From assembly GCA_051866635.1 (NCBI GenBank), contig JBJDXJ010000026.1:57799-121798 (forward strand): 64,000 nt of DNA, read 5' to 3'. Under the pieces are notes generated by a model. That model worked only from the letters and a program-made list of their open reading frames with translations. It had not been told where the DNA came from and did no database searches. Of this stretch, positions 40,901 to 49,553 are shown one piece after another. The position numbers and the translations under genes are program-made. Position 1 is the first letter of the stretch. Each line of letters begins with the position of its first letter. The DNA comes from Clostridia bacterium (GTDB taxonomy: Bacteria; Bacillota; Clostridia; UMGS1883).

Positions 40901-43838
40901 CCATCTTCAGCCTTGCAAAGCTGTCGATATTAGTTACTTTATTTTTAACCTTTTTTTCAAAGTTCTGCAAAAGTCGGTCATACTCGCTTTGCATATTCTC
41001 AGGTGCATTGTTTTTTATCGCTTCAATGTCACGTTTTATATTTTGATATGCGTTTTGGACGGTCTCGTCCCATACAGTAATTTTATCAAGCCAACTTTCA
41101 GCAAAGGCGGCGGCACGATTAAACACATTATCTGCATTGTCAACAACATTCTCAACAGTATCAACCACATTATCTGCATTGTCAATAACATTCTCCACCG
41201 TGTCAACCACAGGAGAGGCTTCATTATCAACAACATTGTTGTCACCTTTTTCGTCTGCCTGTTCCATTATGCCCATATCCGAAGTTTCCTGTACTCCATC
41301 ATCGGCACGAACATCTTCAACCGCTTTATCTGCATTGTTAACAACATCTTCAACGCTGTCAATGTTTTCACCTTGTCCCTTTTCCAAAACCTCTTCGTCT
41401 GACGTCTGTTCCGCTACCTCTGGAATGAAATTTTCCTGTACTTCTTCATTGGCAGGCACACCTTCAACCGCTTTATCGGTGTTAACTCTTTCCCCCTGTA
41501 TGTTTTCTTCTCTTGCTTCCGAGATGCCTGTGTCGGGGTTTTCCTGTACTGTATTATCTGTTTTATCTCCTTGAACTGCTTCCGCCGCTTTTTTATCCAC
41601 ACCGGGAGCACCACCGGTACTGTCTGAATCGCCCACCTTTCGTCCGATTGCAACACCGCCTGCACTCATGATGCCGCCTGACAATGCACCTGATGCCGCC
41701 TGTACCAAACAGTCAATTGCCGTGTCACGCATCGCAAGTATATGTGCTTCTTCCTCCGTTTTACCGATTTGAATATAATACTGTATACGGCTGTTATATG
41801 TGCTTTTTTCGCCCATCAGTATATCATCATACACCAATTCTATTACAGCATTTGCAAGCTCTTCACCGCCTTCTGACAGCGTTGAAGATAACACTGCCTG
41901 ACCGATTTTACCTCCAACTAAAGCCTTTGACACATTGTTTGCCAGGTTATCAAGCCCAATATGTTCTGTTACAAACTCGTTTGCCGCAGAAAAATATCCG
42001 TAGGCAATGGCGGTTTTGTTGTCCGCACCGCGGTCAAGTGCGTCCTTCATACCGCTTTGGTATGCTCCGCCACTCATCAGTACCGGAGCGGCGTATTTGG
42101 TGGCTACCGTAGCCCCTGCCGATCCGCCTACTGCATATCCAACTGCCGCACTAACCCCTACTCTTAGTACATTATCAGCAACACTCATTACAGTATCATA
42201 GGCAAAATCGCCCAAATCGCTGTCTATTTTGTCCTTAACCGTACTCATCACAGCTTCACGGTTTCTCTCTATATTAAATCTTGGTTCATTTGTATCAATA
42301 GGCTTATCAACCCCCGTTAAAGCCACACCTATGGGGTCGCTTACTGCATAACCCACCCCCGATAAACCGGCTAAAACGCTTTCACCCGTTGTCTTTGCAG
42401 ATGCTAAAACGGGATGCTTGGAGGCGAATTCGGCAGACTTTCTATATGTATCCTCCGCCTGTCTACGGTCCAATTCTTTTGTAAGGCTTTTTAAATAATT
42501 ATTGCCTTCCTGTAGCCCGTCTTTTCCGCTTTTTCTGATATACGTCAGTTTTTTAATTTCGTCTTCTGTTAAATAATCATATCGTGTTGCTGAGGTATCA
42601 TAATGCTTTGCGTAATACTGCAGATAATCACGTGTTTTAATCACATTATCCGGCGAAGTTTTTTCTTCCCAGTCCTCCGTATTTTTAAATTCATCAGTCT
42701 TCTTTTTCCACGCCTGATAAAATGCGCCGTCATTGACAGAATATGTATCATTTTTAAGCTTTGTCTTAGCATCAAAGGTTGAAATATATTCCTTGACCTT
42801 TTCAGAGCCCCCTGTACGGTATAAATAACTAATTGCCTGTTTCTGTTCATTTGTTGCACCTTTTATGGCACTAAGCTCTGCTTTGGTGAATTTATCTGTT
42901 TTATTTTCTTCCATAAAGAAATAATCCATAGGAAGATGTATCAAATTCACCAATGCCGCTTCGGTGGAGTTTTCCTCTTTAGTGTGTGTACGAGAGTAAT
43001 ACTCAGGTACTTTGGGAAGTTTACTTTTTGCCTCCCAGTCACTATTTCCCTTATATCCTGTTATTTGTTCGGCATTATAGTCACTTTGTAATTTCTTTGT
43101 ATTTTTCAGGACGTTTTTTTCAATTTTATCCATATCATCCAAAGAATAAACTTTACTTAGTGCAATCTCTTCCGCTTGTTTATATAACCCCTTTAAGAAA
43201 TCACTTTCTCCTTCAGAAGCAGGAGTATACACATAGTCTTCGGGCTTAACGCCCTTAAGTTCCTCCACTCTTTCGTTAACTCTCTTATCTATAATTTGGG
43301 AACCAATGCCCCAAACGTCCACCTTGTCCTTAGTCATAGATGTTACCGGATTTCTACTGTAAGGGTCTTTCCCCCATCCGTTAAAGGTTTTAGACTCCGT
43401 TACTTTTTTATCAGTCTCCGTTGTCTTTTTTTCTGTTTTTGTGCTTGTCCCTTTGCCGCTATTACTGTTATTCCCCTCTTCTCTTTCTTTAATCTCTCCC
43501 AAGCCCTTAGGCTTAATGCTTGATTCAGGCACAACAGGCACCGTATTTTTTCCGGGTGTAAATAAATTCAGCGAAGGGATTTTTTTATAATCATCCAAGG
43601 TTTTTCTCTGGTTACTATTTTTTGAGTTGCCCATGTTAGGTGTTATGTCAACCCCTCTTGATTCAAGGCTTTTCCTCGCACTATCCCTCCAACTGCCGGA
43701 AGTACTTGACCCGGCAGTTGCTGTTTTTTTAGTGGATCCTGTTTCTTTTTTATCAGTCTCCATTGTCTTTTTTTCTGTTTCAGTTTTAACTCCCCTTGAT
43801 TCAAGGCTTTTCCTCGCACTGTCTTTCCAATTTGCCAT
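34905..43838 (-). CDS. Giant (2977 aa) polyvalent / internal virion protein
   Basis: Gly/Ala-rich hydrophobic region, acidic repeats, GHEMLH...EEYAAD zincin-like motif, RYS/KYS-bounded IIHINKRHG module, C-terminal hydrophobic helices. Confidence 0.75.
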   Translation of the reverse strand: MANWKDSARKSLESRGVKTETEKKTMETDKKETGSTKKTATAGSSTSGSWRDSARKSLESRGVDITPNMGNSKNSNQRKTLDDYKKIPSLNLFTPGKNTVPVVPESSIKPKGLGEIKEREEGNNSNSGKGTSTKTEKKTTETDKKVTESKTFNGWGKDPYSRNPVTSMTKDKVDVWGIGSQIIDKRVNERVEELKGVKPEDYVYTPASEGESDFLKGLYKQAEEIALSKVYSLDDMDKIEKNVLKNTKKLQSDYNAEQITGYKGNSDWEAKSKLPKVPEYYSRTHTKEENSTEAALVNLIHLPMDYFFMEENKTDKFTKAELSAIKGATNEQKQAISYLYRTGGSEKVKEYISTFDAKTKLKNDTYSVNDGAFYQAWKKKTDEFKNTEDWEEKTSPDNVIKTRDYLQYYAKHYDTSATRYDYLTEDEIKKLTYIRKSGKDGLQEGNNYLKSLTKELDRRQAEDTYRKSAEFASKHPVLASAKTTGESVLAGLSGVGYAVSDPIGVALTGVDKPIDTNEPRFNIERNREAVMSTVKDKIDSDLGDFAYDTVMSVADNVLRVGVSAAVGYAVGGSAGATVATKYAAPVLMSGGAYQSGMKDALDRGADNKTAIAYGYFSAANEFVTEHIGLDNLANNVSKALVGGKIGQAVLSSTLSEGGEELANAVIELVYDDILMGEKSTYNSRIQYYIQIGKTEEEAHILAMRDTAIDCLVQAASGALSGGIMSAGGVAIGRKVGDSDSTGGAPGVDKKAAEAVQGDKTDNTVQENPDTGISEAREENIQGERVNTDKAVEGVPANEEVQENFIPEVAEQTSDEEVLEKGQGENIDSVEDVVNNADKAVEDVRADDGVQETSDMGIMEQADEKGDNNVVDNEASPVVDTVENVIDNADNVVDTVENVVDNADNVFNRAAAFAESWLDKITVWDETVQNAYQNIKRDIEAIKNNAPENMQSEYDRLLQNFEKKVKNKVTNIDSFARLKMEIPSAEPLTVLDAIDKIKDEIKENEKLAAESVENDGNEAIDSRIKELRKKESQLKLIQKLSDKGVRVNMYSASEANAEGILTPNGVTIGNDIYINIDSTDPLAKTVGHEMLHLLKNENQEAYNNIIDIVKKGFKGKNAEARISYLKEKYGERYSDYYTLDNELFWEEYAADIMGDMSDKNAYGRGILNDILNSDLSPEKKKTAVKAFAEGLRKLIVKVRSVIGKSKYRNYAEMQAYEFVNNAIEIHKEAAKAYRDLVEGRISEGNKKTAAGADVKVRYSVDSTNIELGQPIEEYPYNMQTVIKEYLDAVNPLLLEKTKYFRKNGEIKFERVNFGKVSEKEIEALKNLLNIDFSGYLHSTNSSAIIHINKRHGVNGEHDSSMAKAEDAARVDYILREFDSIDFLRNQNGKIVYSKNFGDKNNKPSPLLLYTKKINGTYYAVVAAGENKYNKLWVETSFIAKNKEGITQALHDEISSLGFTSETPLASLPSYNNLSQDSDIVNTHSMQNEDVKYSVPSSSTIEQRAELENRGYEIETAVVKRLEAALDTKLSEKTREAVKVYSISEAMGDRERISASREKLVDSIEKNENPMYEARTEDDGFLDYIKHVGKVYVSDYARQGMSAADVSRTFGVGKWSGKEGLPVDVLYDNMKADGITLPEADTIQDKLIALRDKKAEMRDKLPRSEIRDIVDYAVDLENYTQERGISENVEIPGLDGESKTVQDAEFMNKRRELESEIDSLDDNDYTQKRKLREEKDALEKNFVENFIRQGRRRSERGIYTDFCRMDKAEEAVLRARLERSENAAREADLYARVHEMTQGMKATARAFAEGSIDETTIDTKYKKAEDRARIKELSELYKRVDYTNKQLRAEQRAALNEACDILFKNASYMRDISIPVQGQIDTFEALVNYMCKVDSIKENMKSDIPVEVRRELIWAAEKINEIFYYPIQENTRVMNEWKDGYLEKLEELDIRKRSAESAAAQALGEGFFNEYDLDKAGFKSEQKARIIALANYLRDSYKEVLQQINAVRFARGEEDIKAPTFKVNKQLKGIISDMQRQVKWLKDKGESIRNLSRSEREKVLETNEIQKCAADAYFTYGKDFEKRIDWREKNAETKSITEMQQWAWNLLMRGKKYDSLRGTIEMDYFPHMEKNDTLDNILAFLNVNKTIDKLPTAINGMTENFRPTKQWSPFMQERLGNSTEFDAVTGAERYFNSMGRYIYHSGDIVKVRILENYLRQTFNAEGNDKYCLSNFASYLRQYGNTLAGKQHMLDRTIQENFVGRKAAQLNRLLMNNVSKNQISYNLGTSITNAAVYAQGIGWVIRESVYEKDIANLQYTLRRNDSIKEHITKSTFLTNRFHDDVVLKDKSRLSNAVTSVQNAGFVPMAVIDKVYITRVHQMMTGVYMSQGMSEEDAISAADIEIRKLAASREYGETPLIYSSNALSVITKYTLEPVNQVRYYKSEIGRMTKAIMSGDDDEAKNAIGALIAFLAGFAVDFAIAYGVNKAFKKLKGYPVFTDPVQMTIDTVEGFKDGKPGGEIWLDILDEIPIVSNIVKAVNGNMAELIGVGAVANFFGNIAKAFHGGDEPDWGEVIWNGITIFNPLGAGAQAKKMVNAYMYLTKGYQENKNGQVQHAVDGSAEDWILGLLFGKSAIPSVQEWHKNNYPKLSKQSSEVFKTVVDEYDLSPEEVYDMLTEYDDKKKDEGYSVYKWVTEDIDKYGKFTVEDKYYLWNKMSKRDCPVPDKMENPEKKIAQVFIATGDTNVLIDRMSDEFSIDGHRNTTTKYYLSEEQQDKLQAEYERILFKEIMPKYMNLQDSESFDNEEWVEFISNAKSKAKAAAQEKAVAEGWYYDSNDTDTTPEDTFEIMKQDREKTGRSSVEAFWIYCDKTSNSFIIPDWENPTKAQQILAETFVACEKEPEGVLPSQRSKSFSQDKVTYLLNEEQYEEFNNMYFMYYWDGIESLEGYSQEARIGQIPKIRDNAHKYAKQYILEKYAGQIETEE

Positions 43839-43852
43839 TTATGTCACTCTCC

Positions 43853-45694
43853 TTATCCACGGTTGCGGTCTCGGTCTTCTAATGCCGCTTTTACCTGTTC
43901 CTCTGTAATTCCGAGCTTATCATACAACAAGTATTCTTTCTGTTTTTGGGTTAAATCTTCTGATTCAAACACCTTTTGTATTACGTATCCCGATTCCACA
44001 TTTGTACGTTTGTAGCCGTTTTTACCGTCCGGCACTAAGCCCTTTAATTTTCCGTCTGTCCAATTTGAAACCTCATTGTTAACGGAATCCACAAAAGCCT
44101 TGATCTCCTTGTCTGACAAAGGTTGATTTGATTTATTCGTTGTTTTTGTAGTTTTGGTTGTAGTCTTAGGCACAGGGCTTAAAGTTTCAGGTGTAGATTC
44201 TGTAGCTTCCGCACCTTGAGGTAAATATGTAATCTTTGTCGGATATCCGGCGTAGGGATTTGTTTTAACTGCCGGTGTAACTTCACCTGACGTTATTGCA
44301 GAAGTTGATTCTTTTCCCACGGTAGGTCTTATATTTTCACTTCCCACTTCAGCTTGGGGATTTGTTATACCGGGATTTGCAATCGCATAATCAGGTTTAT
44401 TCACTATTTTAACGGTTCCATCCTGTTGGGGGTTTTGTACAATCTGCTGTTCCGCTGTATTTTCACCCTTCCCCTCCTGTACTTGGGGATTTGCTCCACT
44501 ATTCCTATTTTCTATCCTTTCAGCCTCAGCTATGTAAGCCGCGGCAAGATATCTCTTTCCGTCAGCTTCAGCCTGTGCCGCAAGCTTTCTCAATTCAGCT
44601 GCTTCACTCTCACGCTGCAGCGTCGCAGAGGTGTCAATTGAGTACTTGCTCAATTCATTTCCTTCACGCTCAAGCTGAACATTTTCATCAAATTGTCTTG
44701 CCGCTTCTGTTTTGTTGGGGTTCGGAGCAACTATAGAAGGAGCATACTCTGCATAATCAGGGTTGTTAATTATCTTCCACGCTCTTGCATATTCAGCATG
44801 CTGTGCTGTATTTTCATCGCCTCGTGCTTTAGCATCGTTGATAATAGCCTGATAATCAAGATTTTCATCCTTCAGCGTACCGTCATCATTAAAGAAAATA
44901 TTATTTTTTCTTTGCAATGCTTCAGGCACTTCCCCGGTAATATCCGCTTCCATTTTCTGAACGTTAACATCCGTAATCCTTTTATTGTTTTCGTTTTCGC
45001 TTGCCGCCTGTGCGTTACTGCGTGCACCTGCTTCGGCATTAGAATATACATTGTCCACTATAGAAATGTTAGAACCTAAAGTTTTATTGTTCTCATTTCC
45101 GGCATTGATATTTCTTTCATGCAAATCAAAAACAGACTCAATCCCTGCTTTCTCATATGCTTCTCTCTGTCTGTCCCCGTTAGCCTTAGCGAAGGAATCA
45201 AGGTTCCCGTCACTCTTCACACTTCCGTCTGCCAAAGTGTCCTTATATGCATCTTCTCCCAAACCTTTGTACCTATCCATAATAGCCCTTGCCGCATCAG
45301 TATCCATCGGATTGCTGTCAATTCTTTCATTCTGTTTTTTGTTCGCCTCAAAAATTTCATCTGCACTGCGGTTCGCAAAATCGCCATGGTCTTTTGCAGT
45401 GTCGGTTGCATTTCTCATATTTTCAACTTCAAGCGAACGGTTATCATCCTTTGGTTTTGTGCCTTTGTACTCCTCCAGATAACCGCGTGCTTTATCGTAA
45501 TCGCTATTTTGAAGCTCCTTGGCAACATCATAATTGCCCGAATCCGTAAGGGATTTATAGTAACTCTTTGCCGCTTCCCGTGCCGCGCTCATTCCCTCTT
45601 CGTCGCCTGCATCATACGCCGCATGCCACTTGCTTTTTTCGTTAACAATTCCCTGAATGTTCTTTTGTGTGTTTTCGTCATATTTTCTTGCCAT
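43853..45694 (-). CDS. Putative internal virion/ejection protein
   Basis: Helical and low-complexity 613-aa protein directly upstream of the giant gene; ATG 45694 after AAGGAG. Confidence 0.5.
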   Translation of the reverse strand: MARKYDENTQKNIQGIVNEKSKWHAAYDAGDEEGMSAAREAAKSYYKSLTDSGNYDVAKELQNSDYDKARGYLEEYKGTKPKDDNRSLEVENMRNATDTAKDHGDFANRSADEIFEANKKQNERIDSNPMDTDAARAIMDRYKGLGEDAYKDTLADGSVKSDGNLDSFAKANGDRQREAYEKAGIESVFDLHERNINAGNENNKTLGSNISIVDNVYSNAEAGARSNAQAASENENNKRITDVNVQKMEADITGEVPEALQRKNNIFFNDDGTLKDENLDYQAIINDAKARGDENTAQHAEYARAWKIINNPDYAEYAPSIVAPNPNKTEAARQFDENVQLEREGNELSKYSIDTSATLQRESEAAELRKLAAQAEADGKRYLAAAYIAEAERIENRNSGANPQVQEGKGENTAEQQIVQNPQQDGTVKIVNKPDYAIANPGITNPQAEVGSENIRPTVGKESTSAITSGEVTPAVKTNPYAGYPTKITYLPQGAEATESTPETLSPVPKTTTKTTKTTNKSNQPLSDKEIKAFVDSVNNEVSNWTDGKLKGLVPDGKNGYKRTNVESGYVIQKVFESEDLTQKQKEYLLYDKLGITEEQVKAALEDRDRNRG

Positions 45695-45723
45695 TAATAT
45701 CTCTCCTTTGTTTTTTATATCTA

Positions 45724-45756
45724 TACAATACAACCATTGTGAATTTCCTGCGTGCA
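45724..45756 (-). promoter_or_regulatory. Phage late-promoter motif, copy 3
   Basis: TGCACGCAGGAAATTCACAA-tggttg-TATTGT upstream of the 45694 start. Confidence 0.75.
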
Positions 45757-45760
45757 TAGC

Positions 45761-45796
45761 AAAAAAACCTCCGTACGGCAAGTACAGAGGTTTTTT
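45761..45796 (-). terminator. Terminator after the endolysin
   Basis: AAAAAAACCTC-CGTAC...GTAC-AGAGGTTTTTT. Confidence 0.8.
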
Positions 45797-45805
45797 ATCA
45801 CTTCG

Positions 45806-46600
45806 TCATATTGCATTTTTGAGAATTGATTCCCATGTTTTACAGCCAACACTCCCATCTACAGAGAGGTTATGTGCTTTTTGATAGTCCTTAACAGCCG
45901 CAAGCGTTTTGTTACCAAAACTACCGTCAGCACCGTAAGAACCCAAATCGTAACCGTATGCAATCAGTAACTGTTGAAGTGTTTTGACATATCCTTTTTC
46001 AACACTATTGGATTTTAAAATAGGTAATTCAATATTCACAGTATTTCCTCCTTTGGTTGTGGTTGTTGCATTTTCTGCAACAGCCATTATTCCATCATAA
46101 TTTGGTCTGCCATATCCTGCAATGCGTGAATTTGTAAGTAAATATTTCTTCTTACAGCAACCGCCGCCATTAGAAATAACTTGGCTACCGCCGCTTGTAT
46201 TACCCTCAATTGTATATACATATGTATTATCAACTTTATAAACTATACCTGTATGGCAAATACGCATTGAATTTTTATAAAAGATAACATCTCCAACTTT
46301 AGGATTGCTCGTATACCATCTGCCCATGTTTTTAAAACATTGTGCCGAGGTGGGGGTATATGCTGAAAAACCTCCTAAAAGAATTTTTGCAGTATTTTTC
46401 CCATAAGCATGACAAAAGCACCAATCAACAAACAAGTCACACCATTGAGCCGGGTTTGTATCGAAATATGCACCATATTTTGTATAGTTGGCGCTTCCTG
46501 CATTTGCAGTCTTGTTGTCAAGGTTTTTATTGCTCGCCTTTTCCAAATAACCAATTTCATTACTTGCAACATTTATGACCTTGTTTACATCCAATCCCAT
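45806..46600 (-). CDS. Endolysin: CHAP domain + peptidoglycan-binding domain
   Basis: WCDLFVDW, HTGIV, TIEGN; VKTLQQLL...ADGSFG..T..AVKDYQ...VDGSVG. Confidence 0.93.
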   Translation of the reverse strand: MGLDVNKVINVASNEIGYLEKASNKNLDNKTANAGSANYTKYGAYFDTNPAQWCDLFVDWCFCHAYGKNTAKILLGGFSAYTPTSAQCFKNMGRWYTSNPKVGDVIFYKNSMRICHTGIVYKVDNTYVYTIEGNTSGGSQVISNGGGCCKKKYLLTNSRIAGYGRPNYDGIMAVAENATTTTKGGNTVNIELPILKSNSVEKGYVKTLQQLLIAYGYDLGSYGADGSFGNKTLAAVKDYQKAHNLSVDGSVGCKTWESILKNAI

Positions 46601-46604
46601 GCTT

Positions 46605-46910
46605 TCACCCCAATTTCCTGAACTGCTCTATCATCTGTAACACTTTGTCATACCCCAACATTGCACTAAGCCACACGGCAATCGTCATTAATACAATGCA
46701 TATGATATTTTCCGCCGTAAACGGAATACCAAGCAGCACATAAGCCACGCTTGTCCCTGCAATACCCACAACAGCCGATACAATAAGCACCGCCATGTTA
46801 GACGCATAACTTATGTATAATCCGTCAAGCACCTTTTTAACTCCCTCTGTTGTGTAGCTTGTAACAACTGAGAACGCCATTACTAAGGCAATAAATAATG
46901 TAAATGTCAT
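46605..46910 (-). CDS. Putative holin (3 TM)
   Basis: Small hydrophobic protein directly upstream of the endolysin. Confidence 0.7.
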   Translation of the reverse strand: MTFTLFIALVMAFSVVTSYTTEGVKKVLDGLYISYASNMAVLIVSAVVGIAGTSVAYVLLGIPFTAENIICIVLMTIAVWLSAMLGYDKVLQMIEQFRKLG

Positions 46911-47134
46911 TCTGTATCTTCCTCCTTCTTCTTTTTACCACTCATTATTTTTTTAATGAGCATCATAACTAATTCAGCACCAAAAAAAGCTATCGCTGCC
47001 GCATATATACCATCTACCGATGAGCCGATATGTTCGCTTATAGCCATACTTCGCTCGGTGAGGTACACTATGTAAGCGATGCAAAAAATCACGATAACAC
47101 GCATAAAAAAACCTTTAGGGAATGTTATTTTCAT
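46907..47134 (-). CDS. Small 2-TM protein, holin-like
   Basis: Two hydrophobic helices and a charged C-terminus; in the lysis cassette. Confidence 0.6.
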   Translation of the reverse strand: MKITFPKGFFMRVIVIFCIAYIVYLTERSMAISEHIGSSVDGIYAAAIAFFGAELVMMLIKKIMSGKKKKEEDTE

Positions 47135-47137
47135 TTT

Positions 47138-47437
47138 TTACACCTTCCTTTTCAAATGTAATTCTTCAATCTCTTCCTTCATTTTCGTTATCATACCGTT
47201 GCCACCCAAAGCATGATACGCCTCGTACATCTCAATGAAGTTCTGGTAAGCATATGACGGTATTCCTCCCTTGTCCATATATTTGTCGTGATATTCTATG
47301 AGCTGCACCCTAAGAAGAAGCATAGTCCCCTTGCTGTTGGCGTTTCTGTCCTTTTTTTGGTTTTTAAGTAGCCACACTATGTACCCCAACAACACAGGGA
47401 GAACTATAGTGTAGGTTGTCATAAAAAATTCTTTCAT
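47138..47437 (-). CDS. Conserved phage lysis-region membrane protein
   Basis: N-terminal TM helix; LLLRVQL...YEAYHALGGNG motif common before Firmicutes phage holins. Confidence 0.7.
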   Translation of the reverse strand: MKEFFMTTYTIVLPVLLGYIVWLLKNQKKDRNANSKGTMLLLRVQLIEYHDKYMDKGGIPSYAYQNFIEMYEAYHALGGNGMITKMKEEIEELHLKRKV

Positions 47438-49539
47438 TCTTCAACCTCCGAATAAGGAACTATTGTATAATTTACAACGCTCCAATTTTCGGTTTCAAAA
47501 TTATAAACGATGTCAAACTCAAACTTTCCTGCAATTGTTGAATTTATTACTCCGGAATCAATTCCAAACATTGAACAACTTCTCTGTATGACATTGTTAT
47601 ATATAATAACTTTGTAACTTTCATACTTTTGCTCTGAGCATGTCTTATTAGGAGCCACAGTTGGAAATGCGAAAGTAGCTTTGTCTCCTGTTGCATAGTT
47701 ATTAAAAATAACGCTTCGGTAATTTCCAGAGAAACTCCACGTATAATCATTATCTCCGACAGTACAATTAATTACTTCAACTAAACTGTTTTTTACTCGG
47801 TCGGATAGTTTGTCCTCCGTAACTGCACCGTCAGCCAATTTATCGGCAGTTATTTCTTTTTCCCCAATTTTCGTGATAGGATTAACCCCTCTGATTTTAT
47901 CCCATCCATTAGCTGTATATTTGATTTTATACCAACCTTCATAGCCTTCACTCGGTTCGGATGAGAACACAGATACTTCATTGTGCAACAAGGAAAACAG
48001 GCTATAAACAGCTGAATTAAGGTGAACTAAGCATTCCCAACCAACAGGAACATCAGAAGGAATAGTTATTCTAACATCAGAAGAAGTGTTTGCCAGCTGT
48101 ACCGTAATTATATCGGTGTCAACAGGAATAGTCTTTTCAATAAGGTTTCCTGTATCAGTTCCGTCCGTTTGTGCAGAAGCCATATAATCCGCAATTAGGA
48201 ACTCGTTTTCCTTACTTGTGTCAATCCATCTTCCCCAGCCTGTACTTGTTCTTGTCTCGGAAATACGCATATATGTTTTAGAGTTTATAAGGTCGTATGC
48301 AATCTGCAATCTATATGTAGCGTCTGCCGTTACATCAGAACCTGCTGTACTTTTAAAAGGCATATTTTCGAGAACAAGCACGGCCCAAGCGGTATAGTTA
48401 CCATTTAACACAGGAGGATGTCCTCCACAACTGTACTTTATGCCACCCAAATACCAACCTTGGTCAAACAACCAGTCTGTCTGCCATCCTTCGGCAGGAT
48501 TAGGACTTGTGAAAATAGGAAGCCTTGCTTTTGCTGTGCTTAATGACGAATTAGCAGTGCTTTCTGCGCTTTTTGCTATTGCTTCTATAGAGGGGATTTT
48601 ATTAATTTGTTGCTTGTCCCAAGGACTTGCAAACCCCATAAGTTCAATACCCTTTTCGGAATTATACTTGACTTCATACAACGGAATTCGCTTATAATTC
48701 GCACCAGTTATACCAGTAGTAAAGAGTAAATCTCCGTTATTAAACATAGTATAATTATAAAGCGAACTCTTAATAACTGCCAACTCTTTTGCAGATGCAA
48801 TTCCACCGGTAGACAATGTTGAATAATAGGAAGAGGAACTTGCAACCCGAACAATTCCATCTTCAGGACTTAAATTGATTTTTACCTGATTGTTTTCGCT
48901 GTCATATGTACCGGACATTACGGCAAATGCACTAACACTGTCTTTAAAATCATTGATACTGCCTATAGGTGTTGCAGTAAGATTAACTATAGAAATTGAG
49001 GATGTATCAACTATAACATCTATATCAGCAAACCAAACATATTTAAATTTCATCACAGAGTCAATACTTATTCCAGTATCTCTAATTTCACTACCACTGG
49101 AAACAACAGTGATACTGTCGGCTTTATTAAATTCGCCATTATAAACAGTTACAGCTTTACGTAACTTATTCAAGTATTCAGTATTAAAGTCGTTTGTTGA
49201 TAAACCTTTGCCTTCGACTTTATCCACCTTATTGCTCAACATATTAAGGATAGTCGTTGAAAAGTTCGGGTCGTTACCAAGTGCAGCAGCCAACTCATTC
49301 AAAGTATCAAGAGCTTCAGGCGATGAGCTTACAAGATCGGAAATCTTTTCTTGTACATATGCTTTTGTCGCCATTGTTAAAAGCTGTGCAAATATTTCGG
49401 TCAAGTCAGCGTCAAGCCTTTTGTCGTTGGCTCCAGTTAAAATATCTGCCGCTTCCGCCACAGGAAAATTAGCTCCGTTTTTCGGCCTTAAACCTGATAT
49501 AATGTCAATCGAGCCTCTATATTCTTCGTTTTTAGCCAT
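47434..49539 (-). CDS. Tail fibre / receptor-binding protein
   Basis: SPEALDTLNELAAALGNDPNF and KVDKVEGKGLSTNDF fibre motifs; QIAYD...TYMR...WGRW knob; ITADKLADGAVTEDKL repeat. Confidence 0.85.
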   Translation of the reverse strand: MAKNEEYRGSIDIISGLRPKNGANFPVAEAADILTGANDKRLDADLTEIFAQLLTMATKAYVQEKISDLVSSSPEALDTLNELAAALGNDPNFSTTILNMLSNKVDKVEGKGLSTNDFNTEYLNKLRKAVTVYNGEFNKADSITVVSSGSEIRDTGISIDSVMKFKYVWFADIDVIVDTSSISIVNLTATPIGSINDFKDSVSAFAVMSGTYDSENNQVKINLSPEDGIVRVASSSSYYSTLSTGGIASAKELAVIKSSLYNYTMFNNGDLLFTTGITGANYKRIPLYEVKYNSEKGIELMGFASPWDKQQINKIPSIEAIAKSAESTANSSLSTAKARLPIFTSPNPAEGWQTDWLFDQGWYLGGIKYSCGGHPPVLNGNYTAWAVLVLENMPFKSTAGSDVTADATYRLQIAYDLINSKTYMRISETRTSTGWGRWIDTSKENEFLIADYMASAQTDGTDTGNLIEKTIPVDTDIITVQLANTSSDVRITIPSDVPVGWECLVHLNSAVYSLFSLLHNEVSVFSSEPSEGYEGWYKIKYTANGWDKIRGVNPITKIGEKEITADKLADGAVTEDKLSDRVKNSLVEVINCTVGDNDYTWSFSGNYRSVIFNNYATGDKATFAFPTVAPNKTCSEQKYESYKVIIYNNVIQRSCSMFGIDSGVINSTIAGKFEFDIVYNFETENWSVVNYTIVPYSEVEE

Positions 49540-49553
49540 GTCTAAGCACCTCC

